Shown: positions 1 to 8,051 of the stretch, piece after piece | Numbering within the stretch: position 1 is the stretch's first letter | Layout of the letters: each line of letters begins with the position of its first letter | Origin: a virus | Taxonomy: Duplodnaviria; Heunggongvirae; Uroviricota; Caudoviricetes | Strand: one strand, 5' to 3' | DNA: 25,702 nucleotides | Virus record (IMG/VR): IMGVR_UViG_3300048586_000134 | Location: 1-25,702 of that record | The notes under the pieces: generated by a model | Told to the model about the DNA's origin: nothing | Seen by the model: only the letters and a program-made list of their open reading frames with translations | Database searches by the model: none | Made by a program: the position numbers and the translations under genes

Positions 1-2
1 AT

Positions 3-1508
3 CAAGTCATTGAGCAATTAGCCTTTACCTTTCCGACATGGTTCTTCGAGGTGCTGTGTTCCTATCACGGCTCTCCCCTTGTCCTCGAACCGTTCCAAGT
101 CAAATACCTCCTAGACGAGTCGCTTTTCCGAATCGTTCTGAAAACACGTCAGGCGGGTGGTTCCTTTCAGTTGTCGATGTCGAAATTCTACAAGGCATAC
201 ATGAATCCGAACTTCCGCTGCGATATCGTTTCTACAACTCTATCAGAAGCGACCGACAAAATCAAGTACATCCGCGACCTTTATGAATCCCTTCCAGCAA
301 GATACCAGATTCCGCTCGAAGTTAACAACGCCCTTTCGATTGGCTTTCACAAGGGCGCAAAACTGAGCATCGTGCGTTCAGTCGCAGCGACAGGCACTTC
401 TGTTCGTGGTGGTCGTAAGGAACTCGCCTTTGACGAGTTTGCACACGTTGCTGGCGCAGAAGACCTCTTCTTCTCCGCGCTTCCTGCAATCATCCGCAGT
501 CAGAATCTTGGCGTTGACATTATCTCTACTCCACGCGGCGATCTGAACCTCTTCGCAAAAATCTGGAACAATGAACTTGATCCCTTTACAAATGAGCGTC
601 CATTTGACATGTTCTCTCGACATAAGTTCCTCTGGATGGATGTTCCTTCGTTCACCGTTGATTACGATGCAGCACAAAAGGCATGGTATCAGGAGTACGA
701 AGAGAACATGGACATGATGGAGGAGATGGTTGCTCGATTCGCATCCCCGAAGCTGAAGCTCATCATGATGCAGAACCCTTGGGAATGGTTCCTTCAGGAG
801 TTCTGTGGTGTCTTCCTCTCCGAACTGGATGCGTTCTTCCCGCAAGAACTGATTGACAAGTGTTTGCGCGGTGAGGTTGCCAAGGTTGAAGATCAGGAAG
901 AAGAAGCGCTTGAGCGTTGGAATCTGACTGAAGGACGACCGAAGGAATCAATGCACAATCAGGTCTACATGGGAATCGACTTTGGTGAGTCGTCTGAGAC
1001 GACTGACAAGACCTCCATTCAGGTACTTGAGTACGATGCGGCATCAGGGAGATACCTGCATCGATTTGGAGAGACGTTGAACAAACGACAACACCCTGAC
1101 TTCCCTGCACAGGCAGCTTATATAGGTCAGGTTGCAAAGGCAATGAAGGTCAATCGTATCTATGCCGACGAGACAGGTCTCGGACGCGGCATTGTTCCCC
1201 TGCTTAGACGCGATTTGACCTCAGTAAACATCGAAGGCGTCAATTTTAACCCCTCTTCGAAAGAAGATATGGTGATGGGACTTAAAACTTTGATGGAACA
1301 GGGAAACCTTTTGCTCCCTCAACGTGATATTCAATTGCAGGGACAAATTCGCAACATCAAACGCGAAATCTCCCCTGCTGGCACCACACGTTACAGTGGT
1401 AAACCACATGATGACATGTTTTGGGCTTTGGCGCTCGCAGCGAGAGGTGGACGACATACGAAATTCGCAATCTACCAACTTGGTTCTCGTTCGCCATTCG
1501 GGAGGTAA
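3..1508 (+). CDS. terL: Terminase large subunit (5'-truncated by the window edge)
   Basis: The frame is open from base 3 (QVIEQLAFTFPTWFFEVLC...), so the true start lies upstream of the listed GTG at 51. ATPase motifs: LKTRQAGGS (Walker A region), LAFDEFAH (Walker B), ISTPRG (coupling motif). RNase H-like nuclease motifs: YMGIDFG, YADETGLG, HDDMFWALALA. Confidence 0.95.
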   Translation, partial: QVIEQLAFTFPTWFFEVLCSYHGSPLVLEPFQVKYLLDESLFRIVLKTRQAGGSFQLSMSKFYKAYMNPNFRCDIVSTTLSEATDKIKYIRDLYESLPARYQIPLEVNNALSIGFHKGAKLSIVRSVAATGTSVRGGRKELAFDEFAHVAGAEDLFFSALPAIIRSQNLGVDIISTPRGDLNLFAKIWNNELDPFTNERPFDMFSRHKFLWMDVPSFTVDYDAAQKAWYQEYEENMDMMEEMVARFASPKLKLIMMQNPWEWFLQEFCGVFLSELDAFFPQELIDKCLRGEVAKVEDQEEEALERWNLTEGRPKESMHNQVYMGIDFGESSETTDKTSIQVLEYDAASGRYLHRFGETLNKRQHPDFPAQAAYIGQVAKAMKVNRIYADETGLGRGIVPLLRRDLTSVNIEGVNFNPSSKEDMVMGLKTLMEQGNLLLPQRDIQLQGQIRNIKREISPAGTTRYSGKPHDDMFWALALAARGGRHTKFAIYQLGSRSPFGR

Positions 1509-1511
1509 CAC

Positions 1512-3233
1512 ATGACAGATATCTTTCTGCCGAATGGTCAGTTGGCTGAGAAGGCGCTAATACAACCAGAGGGTAAAGCCAAGATTACAGGCATGACCCC
1601 TTGGAAGGACACCTTCATCTCAGGACGAGATGTCAAGGGAGCGGCAATCAAGAAGGGTAAATGGAAAGACTACTATGACATGTATCGCCAGCACTCGATT
1701 GTCTACTCCGCGATCAATAAGATTGCGAAGACGGCAACGAATGTTGGATACGACTTCGTTCCTCGTGATAGCCGTTCTACGGCCAAGAACAGGGAAGTCA
1801 AGATTCTCAAGGAGTTCTTTGCGAACCAGCCCGACTTCATGGGTGAGCTTCGCAAGATTTATCACGACTTGATGATCTATGGCGATGCATATCTCTATGT
1901 CGTTCCAGACCGCCGCCGAAGACCATTTCGACTCAAGCGACTTCGACCGAAGGATATTCATATCCACGCAAAGAAAAACGGTCAAGTCATTGCCTACTAT
2001 CAAAAAGACCTCGATGACATTAATGACGACATCGTATCTTTCGAACCACACGAAATTCTGCATTTTAAGCTCGATGATCCTGACAATGACATTTACGGAC
2101 TCTCGCCGCTTGAAGCGCTGAGATGGGCGGTTGCGACCGACCTCTACGCACAACGCTTCAATGCCGCATTCTTTGAGAACAGCGGTGTCACAGGTACAAT
2201 CATCGGTGTGCGCAATGCTGATCCCGCCGAAATTGAGCGCAACCGTAAGTGGCTGTTCGAGAACTACACTGGACCAGCCGCAGCCCATAAGCCGATTATC
2301 GTTGAAGGTGAATCCATCTCCATCGATAAGGCCGTCGTTTCGCACAATGATATGGGTTTCCTTGAGGGACGCAAGTTCATCATTCTGGAAATCCTCGCCG
2401 TGCTCGACGTTCCTCCTGCAAAGATCGGTATCATGGAAAGCGCGAACCGCTCGAACTCCAAGGAACAGGACAAGTCTTTCCGTACTGAGGCAGTCAGTCC
2501 GTTACAGATTCTTGTTCAGAATGTTATTAACGACCAATTCATTCGACCAATTCTCGGTGTTGAGAACACCATCTTCATCCACTCCGAAGGTGATACCCGC
2601 GATGCTATTGAGCAGATGGATTACTACACCAAGGGTGAAGCGTGGGGTGTCTTCAACGTCAACGAAATCCGTGCGAAGCTCGGTATGGCTCCTGTTGAGG
2701 GTGGCGATATCAACGGCATCATGGCACCGACTGGATTCGTTCCGCTCGACCGTCTGAAGCTGTACTTCGAACCGCAGCAGATTCCTGACACGGCTACTGG
2801 AACGCCTGAAGACCCGCTTACGGGTGAACCCGTTCCTGGCCCGACTCCGCAATCACGCATCGCAACAGGCGCTCAGCGCGGCTCGATCAACAAGTCATAT
2901 GTTGAAGGCTCTCTGGCCCTGCAAGGTGCACTGATTAAGTTGGCACAAGCTCAACACAATCCGTCCGCTTTGACACAAGCATACACCTATCTGAACGATG
3001 CGTCAAACCTGAACGATCATCGCGTCAATCTTGCATTCGACGCGGTAGGGAAGGCGCTACGCACCGAAGATCAATTCCTGCGTCAAGGGTATTTGGATCG
3101 TGCACACGAAACGCTTTCCGTCTTCATCAAGGTTGATACCGAAGAGTTGACGGTCAAGCAAGTGCATCACGAAGATACCTTTGGCGAGCGACCAGCCGTA
3201 TTCGGTGACTTTGAGGATTATGACAATGATTGA
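1512..3233 (+). CDS. Portal protein, HK97-like family, with C-terminal extension
   Basis: Motifs VYSAINKIA, LMIYGDAYLYVV, HEILHFK...YGLSPLEAL, FFENSG, LDVPPAKIG and NEIRAKLGMAPVEGGD. SD GGAGG at 1501-1505. Lies directly after terL. Confidence 0.95.
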   Translation: MTDIFLPNGQLAEKALIQPEGKAKITGMTPWKDTFISGRDVKGAAIKKGKWKDYYDMYRQHSIVYSAINKIAKTATNVGYDFVPRDSRSTAKNREVKILKEFFANQPDFMGELRKIYHDLMIYGDAYLYVVPDRRRRPFRLKRLRPKDIHIHAKKNGQVIAYYQKDLDDINDDIVSFEPHEILHFKLDDPDNDIYGLSPLEALRWAVATDLYAQRFNAAFFENSGVTGTIIGVRNADPAEIERNRKWLFENYTGPAAAHKPIIVEGESISIDKAVVSHNDMGFLEGRKFIILEILAVLDVPPAKIGIMESANRSNSKEQDKSFRTEAVSPLQILVQNVINDQFIRPILGVENTIFIHSEGDTRDAIEQMDYYTKGEAWGVFNVNEIRAKLGMAPVEGGDINGIMAPTGFVPLDRLKLYFEPQQIPDTATGTPEDPLTGEPVPGPTPQSRIATGAQRGSINKSYVEGSLALQGALIKLAQAQHNPSALTQAYTYLNDASNLNDHRVNLAFDAVGKALRTEDQFLRQGYLDRAHETLSVFIKVDTEELTVKQVHHEDTFGERPAVFGDFEDYDND

Positions 3234-4434
3234 AGACTTTAAACTCATCATGCAAATCGATCAAGCATTCGAGAAGTCAGCCGATGACGGTTCTACCCTC
3301 CGATACATTGGAGGCCGTGCGTCAGGCACGAATCTCGACCTTGATGGAGAACGCATGGCTCAAACAGCTATCGCCGCTTTCCAAAAGGCGATTAAAGAAG
3401 GCATCACCCTCGATGATGGTTCAGTTTCGCAGATTCCTTTGCGAAGCGGCCACCGTAAGGAGTGGGATGATATTTTAGGTTGGGTTGTCGATGCTCATGT
3501 TGATGAGAGCAACGACCTCTGGATTGTCGCAGAACTGGAAGACACGGCGAAGGCTGCTGATCTGTTCACGAAACTGACGACACCTCAGAAGGCTGGACGC
3601 CCAAACCAACTCGGTTTCAGTGTAGGCGGCAAGATTCAAAAGGCAAGCCTGCTATGGGACTCTGAGCTAAAACGATCAGTGCGAACCATTGAAGATGTTG
3701 CACTGAAAGAAATTAGTGTCGTCGGACGCCCTGCGTACGCGACAGCTTACGTAGAAGCGCTCTCCAAGAGCGTCAATTGGGACGACGTAGAGCGTCCATC
3801 GAATGAGCCAGTAAAGGAGCAACCTATGACTCTTGCTGAAAGCAACGTCTCGACAGAGAGTGTCGAGGAAACCACTAAAGAGGCAACAACTGCACCTGTA
3901 GTTGAAGAGGTACAGAAGGACGAAAGTCTCGCTGATGCTGCAACGGAGGTTACGACCGAAACTGTTGTGGAAACCCCTGACTATGGAACGCAGATTGCAA
4001 CCCTGAGCGATCAGGTCAATAAGCTCACCGAGGCCGTATCTCTTCTGATCGGTCAGAGTGAGGAATCGAACAAGTCGGAAACCGTTGAGGAAGTAACGAC
4101 TGACGTTCAAAAGAGCGAAGGTAACGAGGCAACCGAGACTGACGTTGCGGAAATTGTCAAGACCGCAATCAGTGCAGCGTTCGCATCGTTTACCGAGACT
4201 GTTATTAATCCAATCAATGAGAAGCTGGATGCAACCAAGTCGGTGATCGAGGAGATTGGAGCACAAGGAATTGACAAGTCGCTATCGGTAGTGACTTCGA
4301 AAGACCCAGCTAACCCAATCGACGCGTTCATTAAGAAGTACGAGGGCGCATCGCGTGCTGACCTCTCAAGCACTGGATTTATTCGTGACATTGTGCAACT
4401 GGCGCAGCCAGGGGCACTGAACGCTGGTAATTAA
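3226..4434 (+). CDS. Prohead (maturation) protease, HK97-type serine protease, fused to an acidic scaffolding region
   Basis: YIGGRAS..DLDGERM, PLRSGH (candidate catalytic His), GFSVGG (candidate catalytic Ser) and LKEISVVGRPA, followed by an E/T-rich low-complexity half. The start is re-called to ATG 3226 because GAGGA at 3213-3217 sits 8 nt upstream and ATGATTGA overlaps the portal stop. The ORF track's TTG at 3181 has no SD. Confidence 0.9.
   Translation: MIEDFKLIMQIDQAFEKSADDGSTLRYIGGRASGTNLDLDGERMAQTAIAAFQKAIKEGITLDDGSVSQIPLRSGHRKEWDDILGWVVDAHVDESNDLWIVAELEDTAKAADLFTKLTTPQKAGRPNQLGFSVGGKIQKASLLWDSELKRSVRTIEDVALKEISVVGRPAYATAYVEALSKSVNWDDVERPSNEPVKEQPMTLAESNVSTESVEETTKEATTAPVVEEVQKDESLADAATEVTTETVVETPDYGTQIATLSDQVNKLTEAVSLLIGQSEESNKSETVEEVTTDVQKSEGNEATETDVAEIVKTAISAAFASFTETVINPINEKLDATKSVIEEIGAQGIDKSLSVVTSKDPANPIDAFIKKYEGASRADLSSTGFIRDIVQLAQPGALNAGN
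3826..4434 (+). CDS. Probable nested scaffolding protein (in-frame internal start within the protease gene, 202 aa)
   Basis: AAAGGAG at 3813-3819 lies 6 nt before an in-frame ATG (MTLAESNVSTE...), exactly at the protease/acidic-region boundary. Same arrangement as lambda C/Nu3. Confidence 0.6.
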   Translation: MTLAESNVSTESVEETTKEATTAPVVEEVQKDESLADAATEVTTETVVETPDYGTQIATLSDQVNKLTEAVSLLIGQSEESNKSETVEEVTTDVQKSEGNEATETDVAEIVKTAISAAFASFTETVINPINEKLDATKSVIEEIGAQGIDKSLSVVTSKDPANPIDAFIKKYEGASRADLSSTGFIRDIVQLAQPGALNAGN

Positions 4435-4451
4435 TTTTAAGGAGTAACGAT

Positions 4452-5366
4452 ATGTCTACACTTCCTGAACTCGATCTTCGTAAGGCACTTGACACAGGAG
4501 CGGTTTCTACTGGTGCCGTCCTCGTGCCTGAAATCGTCAGCCCTGGTATCCGCATGTTCGTGGAGACCCGCTCGCCGCTATGGAACATTCTACCAAAGAT
4601 TGACCACGACGGCTACAGCTACAACTACAAAGAGCAGAATGGTCTTCCTGTAGGATCGTTCGGCGCTGAGCTTGCAGCACTGCCAGCAGCGCAGAACGCG
4701 ACCTACGTAGACCGCACCGTTCCGATCAAGTCTCTCTACATCCGTGGTGAGATTTCGGGACAGTTGATCGAGGCGTCCCGCACGTTCGTGAATGCGCTTG
4801 AGCGCGAAATCACCAACTCGGCGCTTGGTATGGTCCGCACAATTGAGCAGGCACTCATCGCTGGTGACAGCGGCGTTTCGTCGGTTCAGTTCGACGGTCT
4901 GGCAAAGTGGATCACCAACACCGTCTATGCAGACTCGGTTGGTGACGGTTCTGGTACTGATGGTGAGCTTTCGCTCGCGTTCCTCGACCTCCTTCTCGAC
5001 GCTCCTGCTGGTGGTGAGCCAACTCACCTCATCATGGGTAAGGCAATGACCCGCAAGCTGTGGAGTATTCTTCAGCCGCAGGTTCGTTACCTTGAGACCG
5101 AGATTGACGGTGGTTTCCGCGTACCGACCTACATGGGCCTGCCGATTGTCCGTCTCTTCGATCACGTCACTCTGCTGAACAACACCATTCTGGCATTTGA
5201 CCGCAACCTTGTCACCGTTCCTATCCTCAAGCCGATCACCTACGAAGAGCTTGCACACACTCGTGACAGCACGGACTACATGCTGAAGACCTACATGACT
5301 CTCGTCGTTGAGGGTGCATCCCGCCACCACGCGAAGCTCGTGGATGTCGATTCGACCATTGCCTAA
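4452..5366 (+). CDS. Major capsid protein (HK97 fold, no long delta domain)
   Basis: 304 aa after the protease/scaffold, with strong SD AAGGAG and strongly biased codon use. N-terminal LRKALDT..GAVLVPE, IEQALIAGD....FDGL, PTHLIM and C-terminal YMTLVVE match capsid-protein patterns. Followed by a hairpin. Confidence 0.9.
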   Translation: MSTLPELDLRKALDTGAVSTGAVLVPEIVSPGIRMFVETRSPLWNILPKIDHDGYSYNYKEQNGLPVGSFGAELAALPAAQNATYVDRTVPIKSLYIRGEISGQLIEASRTFVNALEREITNSALGMVRTIEQALIAGDSGVSSVQFDGLAKWITNTVYADSVGDGSGTDGELSLAFLDLLLDAPAGGEPTHLIMGKAMTRKLWSILQPQVRYLETEIDGGFRVPTYMGLPIVRLFDHVTLLNNTILAFDRNLVTVPILKPITYEELAHTRDSTDYMLKTYMTLVVEGASRHHAKLVDVDSTIA

Positions 5367-5372
5367 TCTAAT

Positions 5373-5396
5373 GGGAGCGGCTAACCCCGCTCCCTT
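5373..5396 (+). terminator. Hairpin after the capsid gene (weak intrinsic terminator or mRNA stabiliser)
   Basis: GGGAGCGG (5373-5380), loop CTAACC, CCGCTCCC (5387-5394): a perfect 8-bp GC stem followed by only TT. Confidence 0.6.
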
Positions 5397-5419
5397 AGTA
5401 TAAAGGAGGGGAGAGAATT

Positions 5420-5692
5420 ATGCCACAATTACTGGACAAGCCCGTTCGCGTTCGACAGGTAGCCATTCCTGGCGACAAGGCGAATTGGGACGAACACTTT
5501 TATACGGGACGACTCAAGGTCATTCAAGGGGTAACGGAAACGGATAACCCGATCTGGCTAGAACATCTTCTCGCTCGTGGATTCAAAGTTATTGACGAGG
5601 AAGGGCAAGTCGTTCAGGCAGAAGCACCACAGACAGCGGAAGCGTCTGAGGAAGTCAAGAAGCCGCGTGGCCGCTCTTCCCGTAGTCGATAG
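5420..5692 (+). CDS. Small putative virion protein (90 aa) with basic C-terminal tail
   Basis: SD AAGGAGG upstream. Lies directly after the capsid gene. The core QGVTETDNPIWLEHLLARGFKV is followed by a low-complexity linker and KKPRGRSSRSR. No function assigned. Confidence 0.75.
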   Translation: MPQLLDKPVRVRQVAIPGDKANWDEHFYTGRLKVIQGVTETDNPIWLEHLLARGFKVIDEEGQVVQAEAPQTAEASEEVKKPRGRSSRSR

Positions 5693-5701
5693 GAGAACAC
5701 A

Positions 5702-6463
5702 ATGACAGAAGTACAACTAGAACTGGCTCAGGCTCGTAACAAGACAAATGAAGAGCTTGCACGCGAGCATGAGTTCTATGCGGACGATTATGAGAAGAAG
5801 CGTCGTGAGAACGAGGCTGAGGCGCAGCACCTTGTTGCGACCGAAGGCGTGGATTTTTCTCTCGTCAACCGTCAGGCAAACGCGGAAAAGGCAAAGCATC
5901 ACACCGAATACGCAACTTCTTTTGAGGATGATCGACGCAAGATCGAGGATCGTGTCGTCAATGCCGCAAGCGAAGGTGGCGAGGTTGATGAGCTAGTCAA
6001 GCTCGCATCTCCTGACGAGGCAATCAACTCTGATCCGCTTCAGGAGAAGGCAGCAGCCAAGGATGGTATGCTCACGCACGATCCTGATGCTCCTGACGCT
6101 GGTAAGAAGGCGGTTATCCCGCTTGAGTACCGCGACAAGGAGAATGCGGCATTCGAGACGCTGAACGCACGCGACCGTGTTGATCTTGGCGTTGCAAAGA
6201 CCTTCCAAGAGAAGTTTGTTGACAACCCGCTTGATGAGCATGAGATGCAATTTGAGGATCAGATCGAGGGTGCGCTCCTTTCAGGATCAAACGACTGGAC
6301 TGAGAACCAAGATGTCAATCTTGTCGCAAAGCGAAATCTCGAAAAGGATGCGGAGACCTATGCTGAGAATCTTGGCGTAGACGCAGACGCAATCGAGGTA
6401 GTTGACGGCGACGACGACGAGAAGTCTACCAAGAAGACCGCAAAGAAGTCAAGCTCCAAGTAA
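5702..6463 (+). CDS. Hypothetical highly acidic protein (253 aa) with Lys-rich C-terminus
   Basis: SD AGGAG at 5691-5695. The ORF fills the gap between neighbours. D/E-rich throughout, ending KSTKKTAKKSSSK. Confidence 0.8.
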   Translation: MTEVQLELAQARNKTNEELAREHEFYADDYEKKRRENEAEAQHLVATEGVDFSLVNRQANAEKAKHHTEYATSFEDDRRKIEDRVVNAASEGGEVDELVKLASPDEAINSDPLQEKAAAKDGMLTHDPDAPDAGKKAVIPLEYRDKENAAFETLNARDRVDLGVAKTFQEKFVDNPLDEHEMQFEDQIEGALLSGSNDWTENQDVNLVAKRNLEKDAETYAENLGVDADAIEVVDGDDDEKSTKKTAKKSSSK

Positions 6464-6474
6464 GGAGATAACGC

Positions 6475-7017
6475 ATGGCAACGCCACAATTAGTAACGGT
6501 ACGAGACTTTTCAACGTCTCCCTATAGCCAGCTTGCAGACAATCTTGATACACCGCTGACCGAGATTCTGGCGAGAGCCGAATCTGCGATTCAGACCAGA
6601 CTCCGACGCAAGCTCGGCGTAACGGCGTACACTGAGCGTTTCCGTGCAACCTCTTCTACGATTTTCACGAAGCATCGCCCCATCGTTAGCGTAACCTTGT
6701 TGCGTGTTCGGTGGGGCAAATCCTTTCCGTGGGAAACGCTCGACACCTCTGACCTTCTTATTGAAAGTGAGCCTGGGTACATCGAATCTGATGTTGCATT
6801 ACGCGGCAGGGAAATCGAATTAACCTATACCGCTGGCTACGCAGAACTTCCTGAAGTGTTGCGACAAGCGATTCTGATGCAGGCTGTCATGTTTGCCTAC
6901 CAAGACCTTGAGGTTTACGGTAGCGGCGACGGTCGTACCCCTGGCATTCTTTATATGAACGATCATATCGATTCCCTGATTGCTCCATTCAAGCAGTCAT
7001 CTACGGTGTGGCACTAA
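6475..7017 (+). CDS. Head-tail adaptor/connector protein
   Basis: Helical N-terminus (EILARAESAIQTRLRR), a beta insert (RPIVSVTLL...GYIE) and IELTYTAGYAELPEVLRQAILMQA, the TYTAGY...P..L..AIL signature of SPP1 gp15 / HK97 gp6-like adaptors. Confidence 0.85.
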   Translation: MATPQLVTVRDFSTSPYSQLADNLDTPLTEILARAESAIQTRLRRKLGVTAYTERFRATSSTIFTKHRPIVSVTLLRVRWGKSFPWETLDTSDLLIESEPGYIESDVALRGREIELTYTAGYAELPEVLRQAILMQAVMFAYQDLEVYGSGDGRTPGILYMNDHIDSLIAPFKQSSTVWH

Positions 7018-7514
7018 TGATTACCATTAAGGTCTCGCCTAAATCAATCGCGGCACTTACCCGTACCGCAACGGCAATCACCAATGCAAGGGCCGATTTG
7101 AAAGATCGTTCTGAACCGCTCAAGAAGGCCCACGACTATATGCAGAAGAGATGGGTTGAAAATATCCAGCTTCAAGGGCAGCACTATGGTGGGTTCGCTC
7201 CCCTACGACCAAATACCGTAGCGCGTCGTGGTTCTTCAAGTCCAATCCTTATCCATCGCGGCAAAATGCTGAGATGGGTAGCGGATGCAGGCGGATCAGG
7301 CAAGATTTCTCCACAGGCTGTCAATTGGGAATTTGCATTCAGCGGTAAGGGTGATGGATCACAAGCTGTTCTGCATACCACAGGCTATTTCAATGTTCCC
7401 TACCAGACCTTCGTTACCTCTCGTGTTGTGTTTGACACGAACGCGGAAGATGAAGAGAAGGTAGCGAAACTTATGGAGAGCCACATCAACACGGTTGTTC
7501 GTAAGTACTTCTAG
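7017..7514 (+). CDS. Neck / virion morphogenesis protein (Mu gpG-like)
   Basis: FAPLRPNTVARRGSSSPILIHRGKML matches the family pattern (W/F).pL.p.T.ar+g...iL..tG.l. The start is ATG 7017 in a TAATG overlap with the adaptor stop (ORF track uses GTG 7008). Confidence 0.75.
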   Translation: MITIKVSPKSIAALTRTATAITNARADLKDRSEPLKKAHDYMQKRWVENIQLQGQHYGGFAPLRPNTVARRGSSSPILIHRGKMLRWVADAGGSGKISPQAVNWEFAFSGKGDGSQAVLHTTGYFNVPYQTFVTSRVVFDTNAEDEEKVAKLMESHINTVVRKYF

Positions 7515-7522
7515 GACAGGAT

Positions 7523-8020
7523 ATGACACAATTTACAATGGAAGATTTGCTGGTGCATCTCGAAATGGTGCTCAGCAAGCAGTTCTCACGAAGCGTAAGT
7601 AAAATCTACTTTGGCGATATCGGTGTCTACCTGCCTGAAGCATTTGGCAGTTCACGCAAGGAACAGAAGGCCGTTATCGCCCTCTCCCCAAGCTACAATC
7701 GGCCTCTGGAAGATCAGCGAAACGCGGCTGCGGAGTACCGCATCCTTGGTGTGGATATTATCACACTGGTGAACATCACACCATTCTTCAAAGCAAATCC
7801 TGAAGAGGCGTACGGCGAGCGTATGCTTGTTCGTCTCACAACTGAGATTGCACAGTTTCTTACGCAGGAAGCGAATGTCACCCTTGGTGGTGGTGTTCAG
7901 CACTCGAAAGTCGGCGCAATCGATTGGGGTTGGCAAACGAGTGACAATCAGGCGCTCCGTGGCGCATCTATCAATTTTGAGGCTCGCGTTCGCGTAGACA
8001 GACAACTCTTGCAACGCTAG
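7523..8020 (+). CDS. Probable tail terminator / tail completion protein
   Basis: 165 aa immediately before the tail tube. The segment LVRLTTEIAQFL...TLGGGVQHSKV resembles the helix-TLgG-strand part of lambda gpU / SPP1 gp17-like proteins. Mostly positional evidence. Confidence 0.6.
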   Translation: MTQFTMEDLLVHLEMVLSKQFSRSVSKIYFGDIGVYLPEAFGSSRKEQKAVIALSPSYNRPLEDQRNAAAEYRILGVDIITLVNITPFFKANPEEAYGERMLVRLTTEIAQFLTQEANVTLGGGVQHSKVGAIDWGWQTSDNQALRGASINFEARVRVDRQLLQR

Positions 8021-8051
8021 CTCTTTCTTCTACTCATAAGGAGTAACCCAC

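Noticed and set aside
3-3233. Intein or intron in terminase or portal
   Set aside because: Motif spacing and lengths are normal, and no intein splice motifs or frame interruptions were seen.
5395-5405. TAGTAT/TATAAA as a -10 promoter box after the capsid hairpin
   Set aside because: No credible -35 element at the right spacing. It cannot be distinguished from an A/T-rich leader before the SD.
5340-5420. Frameshift or read-through extension of the capsid protein into the next ORF
   Set aside because: There is no slippery sequence at the capsid 3' end, a second in-frame TAA follows within five codons, and the next ORF has its own SD.
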